From the IMG/VR virus record IMGVR_UViG_3300044632_001319: a DNA stretch of 64,000 nucleotides. One strand, 5' to 3'. Position 1 is the first letter of the stretch. Each line of letters starts with the position of its first letter. Source of the DNA: a virus. The notes below the pieces were generated by a model. That model worked only from the letters and a program-made list of their open reading frames with translations. It did not search any database and was not told the DNA's origin. The translations under genes were made by a program, and so were the position numbers. Positions 42,461 through 51,746 of the stretch are shown here, in pieces.

Positions 42461-43108
42461 TTATCTTACTCTCTTTAACTGTCTATCTTCTCTTTTACGA
42501 CTTTTAATCGTTTCTGACTCTTTTGCACCTGTTATATCAGTACCAATATGTGCTTGACGAATTTCTTCCTGTTCACTTATTGGTGAAACCATTTCCTTAA
42601 TAGTTTTGATTCTCTTGTTTCTCTTAATCTTCTTCATCATTGACTCAGTTACCTCTCCCTTTGGAGTCATTACTGCATCAATTTTATATCCATCACTTGT
42701 TTTGTTGACCTTAAAGTTTAAATTGAACTTTGGTAGATCATTACCAGTATAGAAACCAGTTGAAAGGTCGTGAGTTGGAGTTGTTCCAAACACTTGACCT
42801 CTAGACACCTCAACGTTGAAGTCTGATTCCTTTGCGGCATCTGGAGCAACATCAAAATCATAGTTTAAGTGATTTAAACGAACCTTTAGTTGGTGTAAAT
42901 CGTGTTGTGGATTTAAAGATGTTCTTCTGAAGAAATGCTTAAGGAATGCATTTAATCTGTGAAGACCCTCTGGATCTAGTGGGTTTAGGCGATTTTGCCC
43001 TTGTACCTTTTCAGCATCGAATGGTGAAAATACACCAGGATATTCCTGCGATTGACTATTTCCGATGCTAGTTGGGTAAGATGAACTGTATTCGTTTAGA
43101 TTTTTCAT
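42461..43108 (-). CDS. Hypothetical protein (MKNLNE N-terminus)
   Basis: RBS AGGAG; 215 aa. Confidence 0.65.
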   Translation of the reverse strand: MKNLNEYSSSYPTSIGNSQSQEYPGVFSPFDAEKVQGQNRLNPLDPEGLHRLNAFLKHFFRRTSLNPQHDLHQLKVRLNHLNYDFDVAPDAAKESDFNVEVSRGQVFGTTPTHDLSTGFYTGNDLPKFNLNFKVNKTSDGYKIDAVMTPKGEVTESMMKKIKRNKRIKTIKEMVSPISEQEEIRQAHIGTDITGAKESETIKSRKREDRQLKRVR

Positions 43109-43125
43109 ATTTTCTCCTAACCTAT

Positions 43126-44334
43126 TTATTTCTTTTTCTTTTTGCCTTTTCCAGACCTCTCGCCTTTTTCTTTCTTACGATTTCTTAAGACGATAAATGT
43201 TGCATATCTGAACTTCGCATTCTTCTCAGAATCGTTGCCTTTTATTGCTTTAATATTCTTTAGTTTCTTGGCAAGACGATCTCTTTTTGCAAGTTCTGCA
43301 TCAGTCATGGAACCAGCATTTTTAATGTTTACAACTTCCTCTACTATGCTCATTCTCTCATGACGATCGATGGATTCATTAGTTGATCTCCATCCACCAC
43401 CACGCTTCTTGTACCATTTTGATGCCCATGCATTTGCATACGCTGAAGGATATACATCAAATTTCTTACGAGCAAGTGCCTTTGCTCTTGACCACAATTT
43501 AGAATTTGTTGGTTTATTTGCTTCACTTATTAAAGATTCATTTACTGGTACACAGTTTGGGACCATTTTACCATTTTTATTCTTCATGCCCTCTTGCTTA
43601 TATCCTTCCCAGCAAGAACCTCTCTTTTCCATCATTACATTTGTTTGTGGTTCATATGACTCATTGGTCCCACAACGACAACCCCAAACACGAAGTGCTG
43701 CATTAATCTTGCTCTTTGGATCTCTAGCAGTCTTGGAACTAGTTCTGCGTTTCTTCATTCCACACATGCGAGCACAGAATGACTTTCTACGCTTTTGTGT
43801 TTTGCTAGAAAGTTTATTGAACCCACCCTTGCGCTTTGCTTCATCTTTGGTTTCGATACCAGCATGAATTCCTTGTCTTCTTGCTTCTGCGCGAGAAAGA
43901 CCACCCTCTGGGTGATTCTTACCCTTCTTGAATCCTTTATAGGGTTTTTTGCTTTTTTTCGCTTCACTTAATTGCATAAGTGTGTCTGAATATTTTTCCA
44001 TGATGTTTCGACTGATGAGTATTTGTTTGATGTATTCTTTCATTTCATTCATTTTTTTCTTCCCTGGTCTATATTTATTCTTAGAACCGTCCCATGTCTT
44101 TCCAGATTTGTGTGAACTAAACTGTTTACCTTCTCTGTGTGCTTTTTGCTTAAGTCTCACTGCTTTTTTCTTTTGTTCTGGAGACATTTCACTCCAGGTT
44201 TGTGGACTTTTATCAGATACTCTTTTAGATGGTCTACATTTAACTCTGCCTCGACCTTTATAGTCTCCACATTTAGATCCATCTTGTGCGGTCCATTTCT
44301 CCTTGAACCATCGTCGTAAATCTTCATTAAGCAT
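43126..44334 (-). CDS. Basic multi-module protein (putative head-packaged polyprotein)
   Basis: Modules LRRWFKEKW, RRKSFCARM, CWEGYKQ...VPNCVP and KFDVYPSAYAN, separated by xNE/IxE sites. Confidence 0.7.
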   Translation of the reverse strand: MLNEDLRRWFKEKWTAQDGSKCGDYKGRGRVKCRPSKRVSDKSPQTWSEMSPEQKKKAVRLKQKAHREGKQFSSHKSGKTWDGSKNKYRPGKKKMNEMKEYIKQILISRNIMEKYSDTLMQLSEAKKSKKPYKGFKKGKNHPEGGLSRAEARRQGIHAGIETKDEAKRKGGFNKLSSKTQKRRKSFCARMCGMKKRRTSSKTARDPKSKINAALRVWGCRCGTNESYEPQTNVMMEKRGSCWEGYKQEGMKNKNGKMVPNCVPVNESLISEANKPTNSKLWSRAKALARKKFDVYPSAYANAWASKWYKKRGGGWRSTNESIDRHERMSIVEEVVNIKNAGSMTDAELAKRDRLAKKLKNIKAIKGNDSEKNAKFRYATFIVLRNRKKEKGERSGKGKKKKK

Positions 44335-47300
44335 TGTCTGCCCTATTCTCAGATTTTGGTCTGACTCTTAGATTATGCTTTCCATTGTTTTGTGGATTTC
44401 CATCCTTGTGATCTACATCTTTACCATCACCCTTGCGAACCTTTCCCAATTTCATCATGAGTCTACGAGCAAGGACTCTCTTACTTCTATTTGCTCTTTG
44501 CTTTGGTTTTGAATGGTAATTATCATATTCCTTACGATAATTTCTCTTCGACTCTGATATTGGTGATTGCAGTGTACCATCTTGGGCATAGTCATATGGT
44601 TCTTCCACGGGTATTCTAAATTCTTTACCATTCACGAAAACAATATTGGTTATTCCACTGCTGCTCTCTGCGTATTCGTTGAAATCTAGTAGAATTGGTG
44701 GAACTGTTACGTCAAATGCGTCTTCGAAAAACTGTTGCATTTTGATTGCATCGTCACCGATATAATCAACTGCATCTTTCATATACTCAATTGCCTCTGC
44801 TGGTGTTGTTGGATCCTTTGGAACTACTTGTTCTAGCATGGATTGATTTTCTATTAACACTTTCAATAATCTAGAACCAGATAATCTGTTTAAATTTTCT
44901 GATAAGAATACACGAAGAACCGATCTGAATGCATAAGGTCTAAAATCCTCAAGCATCGTTATCTTTTCTCCTGCTTTCTTCTTTGCTTGTTCGAACTCTT
45001 TCCACTTCTTACCAAGATCACCACTTTCAACTGCACTTGACTTGATTGTTGCTTGGAATTTTATCTTACCACCATCAGAAATCTTTCTAGCATAGTCCAG
45101 TGAAATTGGTGTAACCTTTGCATCAGTTCCATCTCTATTTGCACTAAAGACATGGGTGGCAATACCAATACCTGGTTCAAACTTTCCAGCACCAGTTAGT
45201 GAAGCGTATACAAAGTATGCTCTTAAATCTGAGTTCGTATTCATCAGATCGTTGAATTTATCTGTTACTTTTCTGTGTAGGTTTTCTCTTCTCGTTACCT
45301 CTTCGTCTTCTCCTTCTTTAGCACCACCTGGGAGATAAAGACTAGTTGGTCCTATTTTTGTTCTTGGGTTTCCTCTCATCTCATTCTCAATAATATCAAT
45401 CATATCATTAAGTGATTTGACTTCTTTATTAGATAACTTATTTTCTAGTTGATCTCTGGACCATTTTAGATTTGTTAAAACTTCTGATGGTCCACCAGAT
45501 CCAAGTTGTGTGTCTTTGCCTATTTTTTGTGAAAGACCCGCTACCATTTGTTTAGATGCTGCATCAACTAGTGCAAGATCTGGTTTTGGTGTGGTATCTG
45601 TCATTTTATTATCTTTGGCAAGATCAGTTAGTTTTACTTCTTTCTTCAATCTTCCAGTATGTTTGACATAGCACCCAGGAAATTGTTTCATTAGAACTTG
45701 TGCTGCACGAACGCATGATGGTGAAAATGATTCATGTTGATTTGACATCACCGACTTAAGTGTTTCTCCATCAATGAATTCATTCTTTACCATCTGCTCT
45801 GGTGTGACCCCAAGAGCAAGGTTTACTTGATATGCAATACCCGCTTCCATAGAACCAGCATCATGCGATGTGCTAAAGGTATCTCTGTTTGTTGCTTTCT
45901 TCAGAGAGGGAATCATTGGTGCTGGCATTGCTGCTGCGGTGGGTTCACTTTTTTTGCTCTTGGAAGACTTTTGTTTTGGTTCACTCACTTGTTTTTTACC
46001 TTTTTTATCGCTTTTACCATCACCCATTCCTTCTTTGTAACCAAAGAGTCTTTCAGATGTAACAGTATTTGTAAATGCTTTATTGGTGAGGTATTTTTGT
46101 ATATTTGAAACTGATGCATCTTCTGCTTTTACCAGCACACTGTGCACATTTGGGTTGTATGATTCCTTGTCGATGATTTCAATATCACCACTCTTGGATT
46201 TGACAACCATGACAGAACCTCTTGTATTGCCTACTGCTCTTTTATTTTCGTCTCTATTTCTTTGAGATCTTTTGTTTACTCTATTTTTTGCTCTACGACG
46301 AACTTTACGCTCGGTGTCAAGTGGTTCTCTATTTGGTTTCTTTCTTACCATCTTCTCTATTAGGAAATTCGAAATGAAGTTATCTACTACTGGGTCGAAA
46401 GATGAATTTAGATTACGCAATCTCTTTGATTCTCCTTGAATTACAGTTGGCATGATTCTCTTGATCATAGAATCAATCATTGGTTTTCTTTTATTGATCA
46501 TGCGATCAATTGATGCTCTCTGTGAATATGATAATTTTTTCCAATTGCCTTTGAATACTTTTCTTCTCAGTTGTGACTTAATTTCATTCTTTGCTCGAAC
46601 TTTGAGTTGTGGTATATTTTTTCTTCTGCGAGATCTGATCTTTCGAATCATTGCTCTTCGTTTTGCAGTTCGTCTTGCCACCTTTGCTAATTTCATTCTG
46701 GTGGTAGCACTAACTTCTTCCTTAAGTTTTTTCTTCGACTTTTTCTTTGCTTCCTTTTCTGCTCTTACTGAATCTATACCACTCTTGACATCACTCATCA
46801 TTTCTTTTGCATGTGCTGCTTTGACATGTGATGGAAGCATTGATTTGAATGTGTCGAAATCTCCCTCGTCTGCTGCTTTTCTCATTTTGGTCCCAGAAAC
46901 ACTTTTCATATCGGTTGGATCGGGATCAGAGTCAGGATCTCTTTCACCAGCAGATACTACATCGAAATCATCTGGATGGATGTTTGATAAGTCTAAAGCA
47001 TCTGTCTTTTTTCCAAAGTATTGCTTAAACTTCTTGTATCCCTCAACTCTGTCAGCACCAGCGATTAGGGTTATTTTGCGATACCCCTTTGCGTGTACAT
47101 CCTGTAGTACCTGAGCTATGCCCTTGATGTCCTTGTCAACTACTATTTTATCTGTGTTGAGTACCCTTTCCATGTGGGTTCTTTTACTCTCAGTCGATAA
47201 TGGATTATCCTCAGATCCCTCACTATGACTTCCGTAAATAATATGATCACCACCAACATTCTTTGCCATATCTGCTGCTTTTTGTGCAACCATATGGTGA

Positions 47301-47356
47301 GCAATTGTTGGTGGTTGGAATCTACCGTATACTATAACTGCATGTTCTCTAGGCAT
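44327..47356 (-). CDS. Cytidylyltransferase-like NTase + putative nuclease-like region + C-terminal HNH domain
   Basis: YGRFQPPTIAH (HxGH-like), NPLS, AGADRV, VVSAGERDPD, SGTKMR; central TPKPDL...LSQK; C-terminal DVDHKDGNPQNNGKHNLRV. Confidence 0.75.
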   Translation of the reverse strand: MPREHAVIVYGRFQPPTIAHHMVAQKAADMAKNVGGDHIIYGSHSEGSEDNPLSTESKRTHMERVLNTDKIVVDKDIKGIAQVLQDVHAKGYRKITLIAGADRVEGYKKFKQYFGKKTDALDLSNIHPDDFDVVSAGERDPDSDPDPTDMKSVSGTKMRKAADEGDFDTFKSMLPSHVKAAHAKEMMSDVKSGIDSVRAEKEAKKKSKKKLKEEVSATTRMKLAKVARRTAKRRAMIRKIRSRRRKNIPQLKVRAKNEIKSQLRRKVFKGNWKKLSYSQRASIDRMINKRKPMIDSMIKRIMPTVIQGESKRLRNLNSSFDPVVDNFISNFLIEKMVRKKPNREPLDTERKVRRRAKNRVNKRSQRNRDENKRAVGNTRGSVMVVKSKSGDIEIIDKESYNPNVHSVLVKAEDASVSNIQKYLTNKAFTNTVTSERLFGYKEGMGDGKSDKKGKKQVSEPKQKSSKSKKSEPTAAAMPAPMIPSLKKATNRDTFSTSHDAGSMEAGIAYQVNLALGVTPEQMVKNEFIDGETLKSVMSNQHESFSPSCVRAAQVLMKQFPGCYVKHTGRLKKEVKLTDLAKDNKMTDTTPKPDLALVDAASKQMVAGLSQKIGKDTQLGSGGPSEVLTNLKWSRDQLENKLSNKEVKSLNDMIDIIENEMRGNPRTKIGPTSLYLPGGAKEGEDEEVTRRENLHRKVTDKFNDLMNTNSDLRAYFVYASLTGAGKFEPGIGIATHVFSANRDGTDAKVTPISLDYARKISDGGKIKFQATIKSSAVESGDLGKKWKEFEQAKKKAGEKITMLEDFRPYAFRSVLRVFLSENLNRLSGSRLLKVLIENQSMLEQVVPKDPTTPAEAIEYMKDAVDYIGDDAIKMQQFFEDAFDVTVPPILLDFNEYAESSSGITNIVFVNGKEFRIPVEEPYDYAQDGTLQSPISESKRNYRKEYDNYHSKPKQRANRSKRVLARRLMMKLGKVRKGDGKDVDHKDGNPQNNGKHNLRVRPKSENRADNA

Positions 47357-47361
47357 ACATT

Positions 47362-47369
47362 TATTTATA
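47362..47369 (-). promoter_or_regulatory. T4-type late promoter (- strand)
   Basis: TATTTATA on +, a few nt from the ATG at 47356. Confidence 0.65.
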
Positions 47370-47373
47370 CAAT

Positions 47374-47398
47374 AAAAAACCCCCCGAGGAGGGGGGTT
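47374..47398 (-). terminator. Rho-independent terminator
   Basis: AAAAAACCCCCC GAGGA GGGGGGTT. Confidence 0.8.
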
Positions 47399-47400
47399 CT

Positions 47401-47778
47401 TTAGTTTAGGATTTCCACAAACGTGTATCCTTTATGTGCTGGTCTTTTTCCTGATATTATTTCATACACACTAGATCTGGTCAAATCGTATCTTTTGCAA
47501 AACTCCAGTATGTTCTGGGTTTTAATTTCAACCCCATCTGGGTTTTTGAATACCCAAGTTTTGGCATTTTCGTCTAATTTTTCCTCTGCTGAGAAGGGAT
47601 CTATGAAAATTAGTTGACTGTTGCTTGGATTCCATTCCCAATATTTGCCTACAATTTTAAATTCACCACCATGCTTTTGGATGAACATTGATCTAAAAAG
47701 AGAAGATTTAGCATCATCGTTGCATTTCACCCAAGTAAAGGAACCTTTTCTATTCACATCATTAAACGATAATCCCAT
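47401..47778 (-). CDS. Hypothetical protein with NUMOD1-like DNA-binding C-terminus
   Basis: FKNPDG.EI...NI.EFCK.Y.L....V..I.SGKR..HKGY. Confidence 0.55.
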   Translation of the reverse strand: MGLSFNDVNRKGSFTWVKCNDDAKSSLFRSMFIQKHGGEFKIVGKYWEWNPSNSQLIFIDPFSAEEKLDENAKTWVFKNPDGVEIKTQNILEFCKRYDLTRSSVYEIISGKRPAHKGYTFVEILN

Positions 47779-48421
47779 TGAAGTTTACCTCTTTTTTGTA
47801 TGTATCGATAAAATACTTTAATCTATCTATGTGGTTTATGGTCTTCTCTTTGTATACTTGGCAAAATCCCTGTTCGTTTGCAATCAAGATTACAATGTTG
47901 GGTACGGATTCACCAGTTCGCTCTTGCCAGAGAAGAGAATATGCTGCTGCTTGGCAGAAGTAATTATCGATATCTGTTTTCTTTTTGGGAAAGGTGCTTG
48001 CCTTGAAGTCGATAATTGAAAGTTCTTTCTTGTATTCTGCAATACAATCCACTCTGCCAGCAAGACCAGTTATTTTGCCCCAGAGTGGTTGCTCAACAGC
48101 ACGAATATTATTGATATGGTCTACTTCCTTTTTGATGAGAACAAAAAGATTATCATCTTGTTGTATTTCTACATCCTCATTGAGAAGATACGATTCGATC
48201 TTAGAGTGTAGGTTAGTACCTCTATCGCATACGCGCTTTGATTCCTTTTCGTTCTTTTTTCTCCACTCAGCAAAATGTTTTTGTTTTTCCCATCCTACGA
48301 CGGTACTTACTGATGGAAATATACCATCTGGTGTAGAGTATACCCTGATGCCATTTTTCTCTATCTGTTCTAATTGATCTTTTGGGAGTTCGTAGAAATT
48401 GTGTGTAAAATTGCCAATCAC
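47762..48421 (-). CDS. PD-(D/E)xK (Cas4/RecB-like) exonuclease
   Basis: FPSVSTVVG, RGTNLH..IE, LAGRVDCIAEY, IIDFKAS, YF.QAAAY; probable GTG start at 48421. Confidence 0.85.
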   Translation of the reverse strand: MIGNFTHNFYELPKDQLEQIEKNGIRVYSTPDGIFPSVSTVVGWEKQKHFAEWRKKNEKESKRVCDRGTNLHSKIESYLLNEDVEIQQDDNLFVLIKKEVDHINNIRAVEQPLWGKITGLAGRVDCIAEYKKELSIIDFKASTFPKKKTDIDNYFCQAAAYSLLWQERTGESVPNIVILIANEQGFCQVYKEKTINHIDRLKYFIDTYKKEVNFNGIIV

Positions 48422-48427
48422 AAACAT

Positions 48428-48455
48428 ATTATACCACAACTTTAGTTAAATGCAA
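48428..48455 (-). promoter_or_regulatory. sigma70-type promoter TTGCAT-N16-TATAAT with extended -10 (leaderless)
   Basis: On the - strand: TTGCAT ttaactaaagttgTGg TATAAT, in-frame GTG 6 nt downstream. Confidence 0.65.
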
Positions 48456-49377
48456 TGGTCTTTCGAACAGTTTCTAAATGATCACTGAGTTTTTTGCCTT
48501 GCTTTGAACTTAAATAATTATTCAAGGATTGTTTTATTTTATTTTTAATCATCATATCTGCTTCCATTGACTCTGGAAGTGCTTTGCTTTGTGCATGATA
48601 TGATCTTCTTCTGTTAAGTTCGGTATTCAGTGGTGCTGTAAAATATGGATGATATCCTGCATGAAGATCATCTTGCATTTTTCTAGAAGATACAGACTTT
48701 GTATAACCAGATGCTTCTGCTGGTTCAAATGCACTCAGTTTTCGAATGTCAATTCCTATATCTTTTTGTGGTTCTAGGATTTGTTTTTCTTTTTTCTTGG
48801 ATTCAGTTTCAGGGTCTAGGTATTCTTGTGCTGCTCTTTTAATAGCAGCAGGAATTGCAGCACCAACAACAGCACCACCAGCAGCAGCGGTAGCGGTAGA
48901 TACTAATCTACCTCCTGATGTTTGTGTTGCGACAAGTTCTGATGTCTTCTGTGTTGTTTTAGTTGTATTTTTTGATAATCTATCTGCTACTAATTTTCTA
49001 GCATCATCCGCAGAAAGTCTTGGTTTTCTTATTGCTGGTGTAAGAACTTCTGCTGCTTTCATTGCACCCTTTGTTGCTCTTCCTGCTTTAAGTGTGTCGC
49101 CAACATATGGAATCACACCAGCGAGAGAGATGGCAGCACCCTTCAAATCTCCCTTAGCAGCATATCTTCCTGCATTTACAATATCAACAACACCTGTTGG
49201 GTCTACGGTTCCAGCAACATCCCATGCTAAATCAGCACCAGTATAAGCAGCAAGTTCACTGGGTGGTTCTTTTGGAGTTTCCACCTTGTTTTTTCTATTT
49301 CCTCTGTACTTGCTTCTAGTACCTTCTTCGATTTTGGTTTTGTTTAGTAGTAATTGTTGCTCGTAGATTTTATTCAT
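48442..49377 (-). CDS. Protein with pre-toxin TG-like helical module
   Basis: DVAGTVDPTGVVDIVNAGRYAAKGDLKGAAISLAGVIPYVGD; second hydrophobic stretch AAAGGAVVGAAIPA. Confidence 0.6.
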   Translation of the reverse strand: MNKIYEQQLLLNKTKIEEGTRSKYRGNRKNKVETPKEPPSELAAYTGADLAWDVAGTVDPTGVVDIVNAGRYAAKGDLKGAAISLAGVIPYVGDTLKAGRATKGAMKAAEVLTPAIRKPRLSADDARKLVADRLSKNTTKTTQKTSELVATQTSGGRLVSTATAAAGGAVVGAAIPAAIKRAAQEYLDPETESKKKEKQILEPQKDIGIDIRKLSAFEPAEASGYTKSVSSRKMQDDLHAGYHPYFTAPLNTELNRRRSYHAQSKALPESMEADMMIKNKIKQSLNNYLSSKQGKKLSDHLETVRKTIAFN

Positions 49378-49676
49378 TATCCCGCCCAATACCTTCCTGT
49401 GTTTGCCGATGCCTGATCTAAGTTTTTATGATGGCGTTTTGCCAAACCTTTTTTCATTCTGTTCATCATTTCGTTCCATTGACCACCTGTTGCTTTGTTT
49501 GGTGTCAATGTTGTATCTGATCCAACAGTCTGAGTAAACCCATCATATGATCTTCTTACACTTTTTTTCTTGCAACTTGGGCAAGGAAGACCAATTGGTT
49601 TCTCTCTTTCACTAATGCTTAATAGTTCATCGAACGTGTGCTCACATTTATCACAAATAAATCCATATACTGGCAT
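49377..49676 (-). CDS. FmdB-family zinc-ribbon protein
   Basis: MPVYGFICDKCEHTFD...PCPSC. Confidence 0.8.
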   Translation of the reverse strand: MPVYGFICDKCEHTFDELLSISEREKPIGLPCPSCKKKSVRRSYDGFTQTVGSDTTLTPNKATGGQWNEMMNRMKKGLAKRHHKNLDQASANTGRYWAG

Positions 49677-49681
49677 AATAA

Positions 49682-49960
49682 TTATCCTTGTTGATCTATC
49701 ATTTGCTTTCTTTGTAAAAATCCACTAATTGATTTTTGATTTGCGTCTGCTTGTTTCTCTCTAAAGTTTCCTTTAAATGCTTGACCACTGCGAATATATT
49801 CTCTTTGTGAGTTTCTAGACGCATTATATCTTGCGGATGGTGATCTTTCTGGATCAATTCTACCCCAATTACCAGTACGAACTTCTTGCATTCGTTGTGC
49901 TGATCTTTCTCTAGAGTTTACTATTCCAGAACCATAGATGTTTTGACCTGTGAATGGCAT
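49682..49960 (-). CDS. Hypothetical protein
   Basis: 92-aa ORF with RBS AGGAG, in operon. Confidence 0.55.
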   Translation of the reverse strand: MPFTGQNIYGSGIVNSRERSAQRMQEVRTGNWGRIDPERSPSARYNASRNSQREYIRSGQAFKGNFREKQADANQKSISGFLQRKQMIDQQG

Positions 49961-49961
49961 A

Positions 49962-50519
49962 TCATTTCTCCTTATCTTTATTTAGTTTCTTTTTAATATG
50001 AGAAATGACACGCTTCATCTTCGGGTCAATATTCTTTTTAGCAGTAAACTTATCTTTTGACTTGCTTGTTAGATATGGGGAGTTTAATCTGCGAACAACA
50101 TCATCTGCATATCGAATGCCTTTTCCAAATGTAATTACATCTGGATCGTGTGATTTCACATGATGTTTGACAATTGGTATCACCATTCTATGTAAATCAA
50201 TTGGTTCGAGTTTTTCTTCTCCCATGTTCTCGTAGTTTACATGACTTTTTGTTTCAACACCAGACATATCTGGAGAATACTTGTGAACTATTTCAACAAC
50301 ACCACTGATCTTGCCATTCTTAAAATGATATGCGTGTATTCCAGAATTTGCATTTCCTTTTTCATCAGGAATAAAATTATAACGAATGGGATATTCAGCA
50401 TTCTTTAGATAACCACGATGGATTACATCCTTCTCATTAGAAGTATTAGAGATGAAATCCTCTGGATTATTTCTCTTCTTTATCGATTCATTCAATGAGT
50501 TGAATATATCACGAATCAT
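49962..50519 (-). CDS. Hypothetical protein (MIRDIFNSLNE N-terminus)
   Basis: In operon; LNE site at residue 11. Confidence 0.6.
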   Translation of the reverse strand: MIRDIFNSLNESIKKRNNPEDFISNTSNEKDVIHRGYLKNAEYPIRYNFIPDEKGNANSGIHAYHFKNGKISGVVEIVHKYSPDMSGVETKSHVNYENMGEEKLEPIDLHRMVIPIVKHHVKSHDPDVITFGKGIRYADDVVRRLNSPYLTSKSKDKFTAKKNIDPKMKRVISHIKKKLNKDKEK

Positions 50520-50521
50520 TT

Positions 50522-50908
50522 TTATTGTCCGCGTCTTGTTCTAACTTGAGTTCCTGGTCTGAGTTTGTTTGGATCTTTAATTCCTTTATTGATTTCAAGG
50601 AATTCTCTTTCTGAAAGACCATGTTTCATTGCAATGCTTCTTACAGAATCATTCTCACCGACTTTGTAGAGTGGACTTGGTAATTGCTTTTGATGAGGTT
50701 GTCTAGTAGGCACATTTACTACTTCAGTGGGTTTTACAGAAGAATTTGTCTGTTGACCCCCAACTGAAATTTCATTTCCTTTCATCACTATTACTTTTGA
50801 TTTTGGTTTTTCAAGTACAGGTTTATCTTCTGGACTTGATGTTTTTTTCTTTTGTAAAAAGGATGGTAGATTATTTTGTTCTTGGATGTATGCTTTTAGA
50901 CTTTTCAT
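50522..50908 (-). CDS. LysM-domain protein
   Basis: YKVGENDSVRSIAMKHGLS...EIN..IKDPNKLRPGTQV; N-terminus MKSLKAYIQE. Confidence 0.8.
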   Translation of the reverse strand: MKSLKAYIQEQNNLPSFLQKKKTSSPEDKPVLEKPKSKVIVMKGNEISVGGQQTNSSVKPTEVVNVPTRQPHQKQLPSPLYKVGENDSVRSIAMKHGLSEREFLEINKGIKDPNKLRPGTQVRTRRGQ

Positions 50909-50915
50909 TTGTTAC

Positions 50916-51746
50916 TCACTTTACCTTTACTTTTTGACCTATTGAGATTTTATCTGGATTTGCTTTGAGGTGTGGATTCTTTGCCAAAATATCTTCTAAC
51001 GATGTATTATATCGTTTTGCTATCTTGGATAAACTGTCACCTTTCGCAACAACGTGATGCGATCCAGGTGATGTTGGTGCTGATTGTTGAATTGGTTTGG
51101 GTTGTACTTGTTGTGGTTGTGCAGTTTGTGTTGGTTGTGTAGATCCTAAACCACCACTCCACATTTTACCTTCTTCTGCTCTTCTTTTCACAAGTCCAGG
51201 AAGAACAACTTTCTTCCCAGTGTTTCTGTCTACGCCTTTGTTGTATAAATTTAGACTAGTTGGAACATTATCCCAGTTTTTATTTAATAGATCTTGACTA
51301 ATCGAATAGAATCTTTCATTTGATTTTGCTTTTGGTCTGTAGAATCCTGGACCATAATTATATGCAAAACTCATGAGTGCTGCTTGTTGACCAGAGTGCA
51401 TCTCATCCCATCCTGGTATCTTTTCAAGATGTGGTGTCATATTATTGAAATAATGACGAACATGTTGTTCTGCTTCTTGTTTTGTTACTGTGTCACCAAT
51501 TTGTATTTTCTTTCCAGTGTGTGGATAATTGTGGGTGATACCGTATCCAATGACCGTTGGGTTTCCCTCTGCATCCTTATCTGGTTCTGCAACGGGTCTA
51601 AATCCTTCTTTTTGTTTGATAAAGTCAACCATTCTCTCCACCGCTTCTGGTTTTGGTGGAGCAGCACTTGCTGCACTAGCAATACCAAGTGCAGCAAGTC
51701 CAGTCATGAGTCTTCTTTCTTCCAGATATGTTTTAAATGTTTTCAT
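50916..51746 (-). CDS. GH24 lysozyme with C-terminal LysM
   Basis: IKQKEGFR...D..G.PTVIGYG.T, ALMSFAYNYG, LPGLVKRRAEE; HVVAKGDSLSKIAKRY LysM; N-terminus MKTFKTYLEE. Confidence 0.9.
   Translation of the reverse strand: MKTFKTYLEERRLMTGLAALGIASAASAAPPKPEAVERMVDFIKQKEGFRPVAEPDKDAEGNPTVIGYGITHNYPHTGKKIQIGDTVTKQEAEQHVRHYFNNMTPHLEKIPGWDEMHSGQQAALMSFAYNYGPGFYRPKAKSNERFYSISQDLLNKNWDNVPTSLNLYNKGVDRNTGKKVVLPGLVKRRAEEGKMWSGGLGSTQPTQTAQPQQVQPKPIQQSAPTSPGSHHVVAKGDSLSKIAKRYNTSLEDILAKNPHLKANPDKISIGQKVKVK

Noticed and set aside
47762-48421. CRISPR-associated Cas4
   Set aside because: No Fe-S cysteine cluster pattern, no array or other cas genes; matches the standalone phage exonuclease type
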